Origin: Dehalococcoidia bacterium
GTDB lineage: Bacteria > Chloroflexota > Dehalococcoidia > Lucifugimonadales > Australimonadaceae
DNA: 64,000 nucleotides
Assembly: GCA_965220225.1 (NCBI GenBank)
Contig: OZ244813.1
Location: 1,276,594 to 1,340,593, forward strand
Direction of reading: 5' to 3'
A program made the position numbers and the translations under genes. Each line of letters opens with the position of its first letter. Positions within the stretch are counted from its first letter, which is position 1. This document shows, one piece after another, positions 19,577 through 28,800 of this stretch. The notes beneath the pieces are model-generated. The model worked only from the letters and a program-made list of their open reading frames with translations, was not told where the DNA came from and searched no databases.

Positions 19577-20572
19577 CTACTTCTTTCCGAGGAAGGTCAT
19601 CATCCCCCGTAGTTCTGCGCCGACGGTCTCGATCTCGTGGCCGGCAGCCGCCTCGCGCATGGCCTTGAAGCGCGGCTGCCCTTCATGGTTCTCGGCTATC
19701 CATTCACGGGCGAACGAGCCGTCCTGGATCTCCTGGAGGACACGCTTCATCTCGGCGCGGGCGTGCTCGTCCACGACACGGGAGCCACGGCTGTAGTCGC
19801 CGTACTCCGCGGTGTCGCTCACCGAGTACCGCATGTACTTCATGCCACCCTCGTAGAGCAGGTCGACGATGAGTTTCAGTTCGTGCATCACCTCGAAGTA
19901 GGCGATCTCCGGCTGGTAACCCGCCTCCACGAGCACCTCGAAGGCGTTCGTGATGAGGCTGGTGACGCCGCCGCAGAGCACGGTCTGCTCGCCGAAGAGG
20001 TCGGTTTCCGTCTCTTCCTTGAACGTCGTCTCCACGATGCCTGCGCGATCGGAGCCGATGCCCGCGCCGTACGCCAGCGCGTTGGCGAGCGCGTTGCCGG
20101 AGGCGTCCTGGTGGATAGCCACCAGGGACGGCACGCCCTGGCCGTCGACGAACACCTCGCGTACCCGGTGCCCGGGCGCCTTCGGGGCGATCATCGTGAC
20201 GTCGACGTCAGCGGGAGGATTGATCTCACCGAAGTGGATGTTGAAGCCGTGGGCGAACATCAGCGTCTTGGAGCTGTCGAGGTTCGGCTCGATGGACTCG
20301 TTGTAGATGCTGCGCTGCGCGGTGTCAGGCGCCAGCACCATGATGACGTCGCTCTCCTTCGTGGCCTCGGCCGGGGTGCCGACGCGCAGTCCCTCCGCCT
20401 GGGCCTTTGCGCGGCTGGCGCTCGTCTCGGGCAGGCCGACCATCACATCCACGCCGTTGTCGCGCAGGTTGAGCGCGTGCGCATGCCCCTGGCTGCCGTA
20501 ACCGATGACGCCGACCCGCTTGCCGCTCAGCCGACTGATGTCGGCATCTTCCTTGTAGTACACCTTCGCCAT
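19577..20572 (-). CDS. ilvC: Ketol-acid reductoisomerase
   Basis: [40 protein letters not shown]. Confidence 0.97.
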   Translation of the reverse strand: MAKVYYKEDADISRLSGKRVGVIGYGSQGHAHALNLRDNGVDVMVGLPETSASRAKAQAEGLRVGTPAEATKESDVIMVLAPDTAQRSIYNESIEPNLDSSKTLMFAHGFNIHFGEINPPADVDVTMIAPKAPGHRVREVFVDGQGVPSLVAIHQDASGNALANALAYGAGIGSDRAGIVETTFKEETETDLFGEQTVLCGGVTSLITNAFEVLVEAGYQPEIAYFEVMHELKLIVDLLYEGGMKYMRYSVSDTAEYGDYSRGSRVVDEHARAEMKRVLQEIQDGSFAREWIAENHEGQPRFKAMREAAAGHEIETVGAELRGMMTFLGKK

Positions 20573-20622
20573 CTCTCGTCTCCTCCTCTGGTTCTGGTTC
20601 GCGCGCGTCTCTAGGGACGCGT

Positions 20623-21192
20623 TCAGGGGACGACCTCCGTATCCGGCGCGCTCTTCGCGGCGGGAACAGCCGTCTGCTTCGTGCCCGTGGCCACGCCGCC
20701 ACGGGTCATCGCTATCCGTCCTGTACGCATCGTCTCGCGGACGCCGAAGGGCTGAAGGAGCTTGATGAGCGCGTCTATCTTCCCTTCGTCGCCTGTCACC
20801 TCGACGATGACCGTGTCATTGCCCACGTCCACGATGCCTGCGCGGAAGATGTCCACTATCTGCATGATCTCCGCGCGGTTGTCCTTGTTGGACTTCACCT
20901 TGAGCAGGGCCATCTCGCGCACGACGCTGCTGTCCGACGAGATGTTCGTGACCCGCACGACGTCTATGAGCTTGTAGAGCTGCTTCGTCACCTGCTCCAC
21001 CACCCAGTCTCCACCCTCGACGACGAACGTCATGCGGGAGAGCCCTGCCGTCTCGCTGTGGCCGACCGCCAGGCTGGAGATGTTGAACCCGCGTCGCGAG
21101 AACAGTCCCGCAACGCGCGCCAGCACCCCCGGCTTGTCGTGGACCAGCGCCGTAATGGTGTGGACGTGGCCGTTGAGGCTTACGTCAGCCAT
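20623..21192 (-). CDS. ilvN: Acetolactate synthase small (regulatory) subunit
   Basis: ACT domain '[26 protein letters not shown]'. Confidence 0.95.
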   Translation of the reverse strand: MADVSLNGHVHTITALVHDKPGVLARVAGLFSRRGFNISSLAVGHSETAGLSRMTFVVEGGDWVVEQVTKQLYKLIDVVRVTNISSDSSVVREMALLKVKSNKDNRAEIMQIVDIFRAGIVDVGNDTVIVEVTGDEGKIDALIKLLQPFGVRETMRTGRIAMTRGGVATGTKQTAVPAAKSAPDTEVVP

Positions 21193-22880
21193 GACAGCGC
21201 CTCCCGCCCCGCTGGAGACTCGATCATCTCGAACACGCTCTCTCCCGCGGGAACGTGGGGGTACACGTTCTCTTCCGGCTCGACGTGGAAGTCGATGATG
21301 GCGGGCCCATCCACAGCAGCGGCCTCTTCTATAGCAGACCGCACCTGTGGCTCGTCCGTAACGTGCTTCGCCCAGATGCCGTAGGCCTCGGCGATCTTCA
21401 CGAAGTCGGGGTTGCCTGTGTAGCCGGACGCCACGCGCGTGCCGCCATAGAACAGGTCCTGCAGTTGCCGCACGAGGCCGAGGTTGTTGTTGTTCAGGAT
21501 GGCGAACTTCACGGGTACGTTGTGCTCCACGATGGTCGCCAGCTCAGACATCGTCATCTGGAACCCGCCATCCCCGGCGATGCTCCACACCTGCCGGTTG
21601 GGCTGTGCGAACGCCGCGCCCATCGCCGCAGGCACCTCGTACCCCATAGTTCCGAGTCCGCCTGAAGTGAGCCAGGAGCCCGGCTCCTTGAACACGTAGT
21701 GCTGTGCTGCCCACATCTGGTGCTGCCCCACGCCGGTAACGACGATCGCGCGCCCGTCCGTGACGTCGCACAGTTCCCGCACGACGTGCTGGGGACGGAG
21801 CCCGCTGCCCTGACCGGCGCCCAGCGGGTGCTCGGCGCGCAGCGCGTCTATCTCCGACATCCACTCCGGGCGCGACACCTGCTCCACCTGCTTTTCGAGC
21901 GCGTGCAGCACACGCTTCGCGTCGCCGACGATGGGCACCGTAACGCGCACGTTCTTGCCCACCTCTGCGGGGTCGATGTCGATGTGGATGACCTTCGCGT
22001 TGGGAGCGAAGGCGCTCAGCCTGCCGGTGACCCGGTCGTCGAACCGCATGCCGACCCCGATGATGAGGTCTGCGCGGTCTATCGCCCAGTTGTTGTACGC
22101 CTGGCCGTGCATCCCCGGCATTCCCATGCTCAGGATGTGCTCACCGGAGAAACTGCCGATGCCGAGCAGCGTTGTGATAACCGGGATCTGCGCCTTCTCC
22201 GCGATCTCACGCACCTCGGCGAACGCGCCGGAGATGATTGCGCCGTGTCCCACCATCAGCAGGGGACGCTGTGACTCGGCGATGAGCTGCGCGGCGCGCT
22301 TGATCATCTGCCCGTGCCCCTCCATCGTCGGCTTGTAGGAGGGAAGGTTCACGTGCTCGGGATAGTCGAAGTCGTCGCTCTCGGTGAGCACGTCGCGCGG
22401 CAGGTCAATGAGGACCGGGCCGGGCCGCCCCGTACGAGCGATGTGGAACGCCTCGCTGATGATCTGCGGGATGTCGGCAGTGTCCATCACGAGGTAGTTG
22501 TGCTTGGTGATGGGCAGCGTGATGCCGGTGGTGTCCGTCTCCTGGAACGCGTCGCGTCCGATGGCGGCACGCGGTACCTGTCCGGTTATGGCCACGACCG
22601 GGACGGAGTCCATCATCGCCGTTGCGAGCGGCGTCACGAGGTTCGTCGCCCCCGGCCCGGAGGTCGCGACGGCAACGCCCACCTTGCCGGAGGCGCGCGC
22701 ATAGCCGTCTGCAGCGTGCCCGGCGTTCTGCTCGTGCCGCACGAGGATGTGCCGCAGTTGCGGGTATTCCGGCAGCGTCTGGTAGAGCGGCAGGATCGCA
22801 CCGCCGGGAAGGCCGAACATGACGTCCGTTCCTTCCTGCACCAGGCTCTCACAAACCATCTGTGCGCCTGTCAAACGCAA
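21180..22880 (-). CDS. ilvB: Acetolactate synthase large subunit
   Basis: FGLPGGAILP, RHEQ, TSGPGATN, RFDDRVTG, GDGGFQM; probable TTG start at 22880 after AAAGGTGAG. Confidence 0.95.
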   Translation of the reverse strand: MRLTGAQMVCESLVQEGTDVMFGLPGGAILPLYQTLPEYPQLRHILVRHEQNAGHAADGYARASGKVGVAVATSGPGATNLVTPLATAMMDSVPVVAITGQVPRAAIGRDAFQETDTTGITLPITKHNYLVMDTADIPQIISEAFHIARTGRPGPVLIDLPRDVLTESDDFDYPEHVNLPSYKPTMEGHGQMIKRAAQLIAESQRPLLMVGHGAIISGAFAEVREIAEKAQIPVITTLLGIGSFSGEHILSMGMPGMHGQAYNNWAIDRADLIIGVGMRFDDRVTGRLSAFAPNAKVIHIDIDPAEVGKNVRVTVPIVGDAKRVLHALEKQVEQVSRPEWMSEIDALRAEHPLGAGQGSGLRPQHVVRELCDVTDGRAIVVTGVGQHQMWAAQHYVFKEPGSWLTSGGLGTMGYEVPAAMGAAFAQPNRQVWSIAGDGGFQMTMSELATIVEHNVPVKFAILNNNNLGLVRQLQDLFYGGTRVASGYTGNPDFVKIAEAYGIWAKHVTDEPQVRSAIEEAAAVDGPAIIDFHVEPEENVYPHVPAGESVFEMIESPAGREALSWLT

Positions 22881-22944
22881 GGTCGACTCACCTTTCCCTT
22901 TCAGTCGTCGGTCATTCCGTAATCCGGAGCTGCCCTTCGAAGGT

Positions 22945-22976
22945 AAAAAAAGACCCGCCCCATGAAGGGACGGGCC
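22945..22976 (-). terminator. T-box intrinsic terminator
   Basis: GGCCCGTCCC-ttcat-GGGGCGGGTC followed by T7. Confidence 0.85.
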
Positions 22977-23190
22977 GTTAACCCGCGGTACCACCCTACT
23001 TCCCCGGCTTACGAAGGGCCGAGGCAGCTTTACCTGCGCGATAACGGCGCGCTCCGCTGGCCCTACTCGTGGCGTTCAGGCCAGCCGCTCGGGGACGAGT
23101 TCAGGAGGGCTTGTCCATCGCCGGTCTCGCACCGAAACGACCGGCTCTCTGTGATGCGCTTGCCCCCTACTACTTCCCTTCCCAGCGGAA
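22945..23190 (-). ncRNA. T-box riboswitch, Leu (CUC) specifier
   Basis: Minus strand: AGTA, CAGAGAG, GGTGCGA, GAA-CTC specifier (23099-23097), T-box AGGGTGGTACCGCG (22997-22984), then terminator; upstream of ilv-leu operon. Confidence 0.9.
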
Positions 23191-23302
23191 ACGGATGTTA
23201 GAAGCGCCAACATGATAGTACAAAGTCTCACGGCGAGTCAAACTTCAGGCGTGAGCAGTGCGAACAGGCGCACCGCAGGACGGGACACGCTAAACTGTCC
23301 GC

Positions 23303-24097
23303 ATGTTGGACCGACTGGAAAGCGCCCTGGAACGAGCGCGCAGCGAGGGGCGCACTGCCCTCGTACCGTACGTGACCATCGGCTTCCCCTCTTTAGAGGA
23401 TACCCTTGCAATCGTGCCCGCCATTGAACGCGCAGGCGCAGACGCCATCGAACTCGGCGTGCCGTACAGCGATCCGCTCGCGGACGGACCCACGGTCCAG
23501 GCGGCGAGCTACCGTGCACTGACCGGCGGCGTGGACACCCACGTCTGCTTGGAGACGGCGCGCCGTCTCCGGGACGCCGGAGTGAGCCTGCCGCTCATCT
23601 TCATGGGCTACTACAACCCCATCCTGCGCTACGGCATCGCCGCATACGCCGCGGATTGCGCGGAGGCTGGAGTGGACGCGCTCATCATCCCCGACCTCCC
23701 GCCTGACGAGGCGGGCGAGTTGCGCGAGGCGCTGGAGCAGCACGGCCTGGGCATCGTGAGCATGCTCGCGCCTACGAGCACCGAGGAGCGCATCGTGCTC
23801 GGCTGCGAGCATGCGCGAGGGTTCGTCTACTGCGTCAGCGTCACTGGCGTTACGGGTGCGCGACGCGACCTGCCGGACGACTTTCCGGAGTTCGTTACCC
23901 GTGTGCGCCGGCACACGCAGTTGCCCGTGGGAGTCGGGTTCGGCATCGCAGAGCGACGGCACGTGGAGCGCGTGGGGAAGGTCGCGGACGTTGCTGTCGT
24001 TGGAAGCGCGCTCATCAACGTGATAGATTCCGCCCCGCCCGGTGAGGCGGCCTCCCGGGCTGGCGCGTTCGTACGGGAGCTTGCTGCGACACAGTGA
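23303..24097 (+). CDS. trpA: Tryptophan synthase alpha subunit
   Basis: IELGVPYSDPLADGP, MGYYNP, VSVTGVTG, GFGI, VVGSA. Confidence 0.96.
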   Translation: MLDRLESALERARSEGRTALVPYVTIGFPSLEDTLAIVPAIERAGADAIELGVPYSDPLADGPTVQAASYRALTGGVDTHVCLETARRLRDAGVSLPLIFMGYYNPILRYGIAAYAADCAEAGVDALIIPDLPPDEAGELREALEQHGLGIVSMLAPTSTEERIVLGCEHARGFVYCVSVTGVTGARRDLPDDFPEFVTRVRRHTQLPVGVGFGIAERRHVERVGKVADVAVVGSALINVIDSAPPGEAASRAGAFVRELAATQ

Positions 24098-24158
24098 CGC
24101 CGGCGCAGATGCGTGCAGCTGTGTCGTTCCCGTCCGTGGAGTGAGTGGAGAGAACACC

Positions 24159-24524
24159 ATGCCGACCCTTGGACTGCGCGGCGCAACGACAGCCGACGCC
24201 AACACACCCGAGGCGATCCTCGACGCCGCCGAGGAGCTGTTGCGCGAACTCGCGACAGCTAATGACCTTGTCGAGGAGGACGTGGGCGCGGTATTCTTTA
24301 CCGTAACTGCAGACCTCACCGCGGAGTTCCCGGCCAAAGCGGCGCGCTTGCGGCTGGGATGGGAGCAGACGGCGCTGATGGACAGTTGCGAGATTTCGGT
24401 GCCGGGTGCGCCGGAGTCCGTTATCCGGGTGCTCCTGCTCCTGAATACCGAGAAGCGGAAAGAGGACCTGCGGTACGTTTACCTGAAGGGCGCCCGTGAC
24501 CTGCGGTCGCCCGGCAGCGAATGA
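24159..24524 (+). CDS. aroH: Chorismate mutase, AroH (Bacillus) type
   Basis: LRGATT, FTVTADLTAEFPAKAAR, YLKGARDLR. Confidence 0.92.
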   Translation: MPTLGLRGATTADANTPEAILDAAEELLRELATANDLVEEDVGAVFFTVTADLTAEFPAKAARLRLGWEQTALMDSCEISVPGAPESVIRVLLLLNTEKRKEDLRYVYLKGARDLRSPGSE

Positions 24525-24652
24525 ACCGGCGGAGGGAGATGCGCATAACGCTCGCAACCGAGCCTCGCATCCGTGGCGTCCGGGCCCTCGATGGGACCCG
24601 GCGGTTCTTCCTGTTTACGCGGCGGGGCAGCGCCAGCTACAGCTATCGCTAG
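24521..24652 (+). other. Candidate leader peptide (43 aa) with clustered Phe/Tyr codons
   Basis: ATG overlaps aroH stop (ATGA); ends RRFFLFTRRGSASYSYR*; GC hairpins with pyrimidine-rich tails nearby; upstream of DAHP synthase. Confidence 0.3.
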
Positions 24653-24710
24653 GCCCCGCGTTCGTTCTTCCGCCTTCCGCATCGTCAGTGTAAAGAAAGG
24701 GGATTGCGTC

Positions 24711-25772
24711 ATGGCGCGTTCCGTTACCGACCTGCATATCAAATCGATAGAACCGCTCGCTCCGCCGGAGGAGCTCCAGCGCAAGCTGCCACTCACGCCC
24801 GCGATGGCGCAGACCGTCGCCGAAGGGCGTGACCAGGTGGAGCGCATCCTGACCGGCGAGGACCCACGCCTGCTCGTTATCGCGGGCCCATGCTCCATCC
24901 ACGACGAGAAGGCCGCGCTCGAGTACGCCGGCAGACTGGGCGAACTCGCTGTGCGGATGAGCGACTCGCTCCTCATCATCATGCGTGTCTACTTCGAGAA
25001 GCCTCGCACCAGCCTCGGCTGGAAGGGCCTCATCAACGACCCCAACCTCGACGGCTCATTCGACATATCGAGTGGCCTCTACCGCGCGCGAAGGCTGCTC
25101 ATGCAACTGGCCGAAATGGGCGTACTTTCGGGGACGGAGTTCCTGGACCCCATCACACCCCAGTACCTCGCCGACCTCGTGTCGTGGGCCGCCATCGGCG
25201 CGCGCACCACCGAGAGCCAGACGCACCGGGAGATGGCCAGCGGCCTGAGCATGCCCGTGGGCTTCAAGAATGGCACGGACGGCAACTCCCAGATCGCCAT
25301 CGACGCGATGAAAACGTCCCGCGCTCCGCACTCTTTTCTCGGCATAGACCGGCAGGGACGCACCTGCATCGTCAACACGAACGGCAACCCTTACGGCCAT
25401 CTCATCCTGCGCGGCGGCACAGGCGGCCCGAACTACGCCGAGGCCAGCGTACGCGACGTACAGGAGAAGCTGGAGGCTGTGGGCCTTCCCCCTCGCATCA
25501 TGGTCGACTGCTCCCACGCCAACTCGGAGAAGGACCACAACCGCCAGTCCATCGCATTCCGCGACGTGGTGCGCCAGCGCCGTGCCGGCAACGACCTCAT
25601 CGTTGGTCTCATGGCGGAGAGCCATCTCTTCGGCGGGCGGCAGGACCTCGGCGACGACCCGTCGCAGCTCCGGTACGGCGTCTCGATCACGGACGCCTGC
25701 ATGGACTGGGAGGAGACCGCCGCGATGCTCAACGAGGCGCACGAGACGCTTGCCGTCGAGCCCGTGGCCTGA
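24711..25772 (+). CDS. 3-deoxy-7-phosphoheptulonate (DAHP) synthase, class I-alpha (AroG/F-like)
   Basis: GPCSIHD, RVYFEKPRT..GWKGLINDP, AIGARTTESQ.HRE.ASG, VDCSHAN, SITDAC. Confidence 0.95.
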   Translation: MARSVTDLHIKSIEPLAPPEELQRKLPLTPAMAQTVAEGRDQVERILTGEDPRLLVIAGPCSIHDEKAALEYAGRLGELAVRMSDSLLIIMRVYFEKPRTSLGWKGLINDPNLDGSFDISSGLYRARRLLMQLAEMGVLSGTEFLDPITPQYLADLVSWAAIGARTTESQTHREMASGLSMPVGFKNGTDGNSQIAIDAMKTSRAPHSFLGIDRQGRTCIVNTNGNPYGHLILRGGTGGPNYAEASVRDVQEKLEAVGLPPRIMVDCSHANSEKDHNRQSIAFRDVVRQRRAGNDLIVGLMAESHLFGGRQDLGDDPSQLRYGVSITDACMDWEETAAMLNEAHETLAVEPVA

Positions 25773-25792
25773 CCCTCGCGTGGAGCGCCTTC

Positions 25793-26737
25793 GTGCCCGA
25801 CCTCTGTGAGGAGCTGACCGCGCACCGGCCGGACCGACCTGCGGCTGTTGCATTCGGCGTGTTCGACGGTGTGCACCTGGGGCATCGGCACGTGCTTGCC
25901 ACCGTCGTCAAGACAGCGCAGGAGCGCGGTCTTGCGCCTGTCGCGGTTACGCTCTCGAACCACCCGTTGTCCGTGCTGCGGCCGGACGTGCAGGTGCGCA
26001 TGCTCACGTCGCTTCAGGAGCGGCTCAGTCTGCTCGCGGACTCCGGGGTCGCGGCGGTTGTACCCGTCACCTTCACGAAGGAGGTGTCGCTGCTCACGCC
26101 GCGCGAGTTCATGACCACCCTCAGGGACTGCCTCGGCATGGCGCACTTCGCGGCCGGGCCTGACGTCACGCTCGGCCACAACCGGGAAGGGACGCTCCCC
26201 GTGCTGGAAGCGCTGGGAGACGAACTTGGCTACACGATGGAGTGCATCGAGCAGCTCACGCTCGACGGGGAACCCGCCCGCAGCACCGCGGTGCGGCAGG
26301 CGCTGGAAGCGGGCGACGTCGCCGACGCCGCGCGGATGCTGGGGCGTCCGTTCGCACTGGAAGGGCCTGTCGTCGAGGGCGAGCGCAGAGGCGGCGGACT
26401 GCTCGGCTACCCCACGGCGAACCTCGGTGTTGCGTCCCAGCAGGCGATCCCGGCGGACGGCATCTACGCCGCGTGGCTGCTGCACGGTTCCGACCGCCTG
26501 CCGGCAGCCGTGAGCATCGGGCACAAGCCAACCTTCCACGAAGGCGGGCCGAGCGTCGTTGAGGCGTTCGTCCTCGACTTCGACGGCAATCTCTACGGCG
26601 AACAGGTGCGGCTGGAGTTCGTCGAACACCTGCGCGGGCAGGAGAAGTTCGACGGCGTCGATGCGCTCATCGCAGCCATGCGCGACGACGTGGCCCGCAC
26701 GAGGCATATACTCGCGCTCCCGCAGGAGGCGTCCTGA
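25793..26737 (+). CDS. ribF: Bifunctional riboflavin kinase/FAD synthetase
   Basis: GVFDGVHLGH, GYPTAN, G.KPTF, EAF.LDF.G.LYG; GTG start inferred. Confidence 0.93.
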   Translation: MPDLCEELTAHRPDRPAAVAFGVFDGVHLGHRHVLATVVKTAQERGLAPVAVTLSNHPLSVLRPDVQVRMLTSLQERLSLLADSGVAAVVPVTFTKEVSLLTPREFMTTLRDCLGMAHFAAGPDVTLGHNREGTLPVLEALGDELGYTMECIEQLTLDGEPARSTAVRQALEAGDVADAARMLGRPFALEGPVVEGERRGGGLLGYPTANLGVASQQAIPADGIYAAWLLHGSDRLPAAVSIGHKPTFHEGGPSVVEAFVLDFDGNLYGEQVRLEFVEHLRGQEKFDGVDALIAAMRDDVARTRHILALPQEAS

Positions 26738-26739
26738 CC

Positions 26740-27972
26740 ATGCCGCTCGACCAGCAGACCATTGACCGCATCACGAAGCGCGGTGTCGCACAGATCATCC
26801 CGGAGGACGAGTTCATCAAGCGCCTCCAGGAGGGCAAGCCGCTCCGCCTCAAGATGGGATTCGACCCCAGCAGGCCGGACCTGCACCTCGGCCACTACGT
26901 TGGCCTTCGGAAATTGCGCCAACTGCAGGACCTCGGTCACGAGCTCATCCTCATCGTTGGCGACTGGACGGCGCAGATAGGAGACCCGTCCGGCCAGTCC
27001 GACACGCGCACGATGCTCAGTGCCGAGGACGTTCGTAAGAACGCCGAGACGTATATGCGCCAGTTCTTCAAGGTCGTCGACCCGGACAGGACGCGTGCCG
27101 TCTACCAGAGCGAATGGTTCGGAAAGTTCACCCTGACCGACGTCATACGGCTCACGGCGCACTTCACCGTCAACCAGTTCCTGCACCGTGACGACTTCGC
27201 CACACGCTACGCTGCGCAGCGGCCCATCGCGGTCACGGAGATGCTCTACCCGCTGTTGCAGGCCTACGACTCGGTCGCCATCGAGGCAGACGTGGAGTTC
27301 GGCGGCACGGACCAGCTCTTCAACCTGCTCGTCGGGCGCGAGCTGCAGGAGAAAGTGGGGCAGCGGCCCCAGCTCGTTTTCACCATGCCCATCCTCCCCG
27401 GCACCGACGGCGTCCGCAAGATGAGTAAGTCGCTCAACAACTACATCGCCCTCGATGACACCCCGCGCGACATGTTCGGCAAGATCATGTCGCTGCCCGA
27501 CGACCTCGTCCCGCTCTACTTCGAACTACTGACCGACTTGCCCGACGAAGAACTCGACGCCATCCGCGTCGCGATGAGCGGGCAGGGCGGCGCAAGCCCG
27601 ATGGACGTCAAGAAGCGCCTCGGTGAAGAGCTGACCGCGGTCTTCCATTCGCCGGAGGCCGCGACTGCCGCGCGCGAGGAGTTCGAGCGCGTCTTCCAGC
27701 GACGCGAGACACCGGAGGACATACCGGAGGTTGCCGTCGACCTGACCAGCGCCGCCGTCGTCTCCCACGACGCAGACGGCTTCGAGGCCGACCTCTCGCA
27801 GTTGCTGCCCGCGCTCAACATGGCCGCGAGCCGCAGCGAGGCACGGCGCCTGCTGCAGCAGAACGCGGTGCAGATAGACGGCGAACGCCCCGACGGTGAG
27901 CGTGTCCGGATCGCCTACGGCGCGCTGATCCGTGTCGGCAGCCGCCGCTTCACGCGCGTCGTCCGAGGCTGA
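26740..27972 (+). CDS. tyrS: Tyrosine--tRNA ligase
   Basis: GFDPSRPDLHLGH (HIGH), YPLLQAYD, GGTDQLFN, KMSKS, C-terminal S4-like domain. Confidence 0.97.
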   Translation: MPLDQQTIDRITKRGVAQIIPEDEFIKRLQEGKPLRLKMGFDPSRPDLHLGHYVGLRKLRQLQDLGHELILIVGDWTAQIGDPSGQSDTRTMLSAEDVRKNAETYMRQFFKVVDPDRTRAVYQSEWFGKFTLTDVIRLTAHFTVNQFLHRDDFATRYAAQRPIAVTEMLYPLLQAYDSVAIEADVEFGGTDQLFNLLVGRELQEKVGQRPQLVFTMPILPGTDGVRKMSKSLNNYIALDDTPRDMFGKIMSLPDDLVPLYFELLTDLPDEELDAIRVAMSGQGGASPMDVKKRLGEELTAVFHSPEAATAAREEFERVFQRRETPEDIPEVAVDLTSAAVVSHDADGFEADLSQLLPALNMAASRSEARRLLQQNAVQIDGERPDGERVRIAYGALIRVGSRRFTRVVRG

Positions 27973-27989
27973 ATCCCGCTTACCTGTTC

Positions 27990-28745
27990 CTACTGCGCGC
28001 TGGCCATCGCTGAAAGCGCCATCTCTTTCCCGCCGATGACGTGCGGCAGGACCACCTCGTCGGCGCCCGCCCTGCGCAGCTTGTCCTCGGCGTCCGGACG
28101 GGAGGCCCGTGCCACGATGTACAGGTCGGGGTTGAGCCCACGCGCCGTCAGAGACACGAAGACGTTGTGGCTGTCGTCGCCCGTGGCTGCGACGAGGCCG
28201 CGCGCTTCCTTGACGTGAGCGGCCAGCAGGTGCTCGTCCTGCGTCGAATCGCCATGCACCCACAGCATGCCGCGCTCTTCGGCCTCGGCCAAGGCGTCGG
28301 CGTCCTTGTCGATCACGATGAGGCCTGCCGACTGCTCCTGCAGCGTGAGCGCGACCGCCCTGCCGACGCGTCCGAAGCCGCACACGATGAAATGCCCGCT
28401 GAGTCTTGCCATACGCGCCCTCATTCTGCGTCTCCGCACCAGGTTTCGCAGCACTTCCTGCGTCACTATCAGGTGCATCACGCTCGTCAGGATGTAGAGC
28501 ATCACCCCCACTCCGGCCACCATGAGAAACATGGTGAAGACGCGCCCGGTGGAAGAGAGCGGGTGCACCTCCTCATAGCCGACGGTTGTGAAGGTGACGA
28601 CGGTCATATAGGCGGCGTCGAGGAGCGACCATCCCTCGATGAGCATGTAGCCCGCGATGGCCACCGCTGTCAGGACAATCAGCGCGACCAGGCTCCTGGC
28701 CAACTGCGTCTCGAACAGGTGTATGACGCTCTCTCTGATGCGCAT
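27990..28745 (-). CDS. Potassium channel protein (2-TM pore + RCK-N/TrkA-N)
   Basis: TTVGYEEV pore loop, HFIVCGFGRVG Rossmann motif. Confidence 0.88.
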   Translation of the reverse strand: MRIRESVIHLFETQLARSLVALIVLTAVAIAGYMLIEGWSLLDAAYMTVVTFTTVGYEEVHPLSSTGRVFTMFLMVAGVGVMLYILTSVMHLIVTQEVLRNLVRRRRMRARMARLSGHFIVCGFGRVGRAVALTLQEQSAGLIVIDKDADALAEAEERGMLWVHGDSTQDEHLLAAHVKEARGLVAATGDDSHNVFVSLTARGLNPDLYIVARASRPDAEDKLRRAGADEVVLPHVIGGKEMALSAMASAQ

Positions 28746-28800
28746 CGAGGGTGCTCTTGCAGATCGCTCCGGCTGCGGCGACAGCGCAGCCGCAGGCTCG

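Noticed and set aside
28570..28595. TVGYEE instead of TVGYG in the potassium channel filter
   Set aside because: Such variants are common in prokaryotic RCK-linked channels and are not evidence of novelty alone
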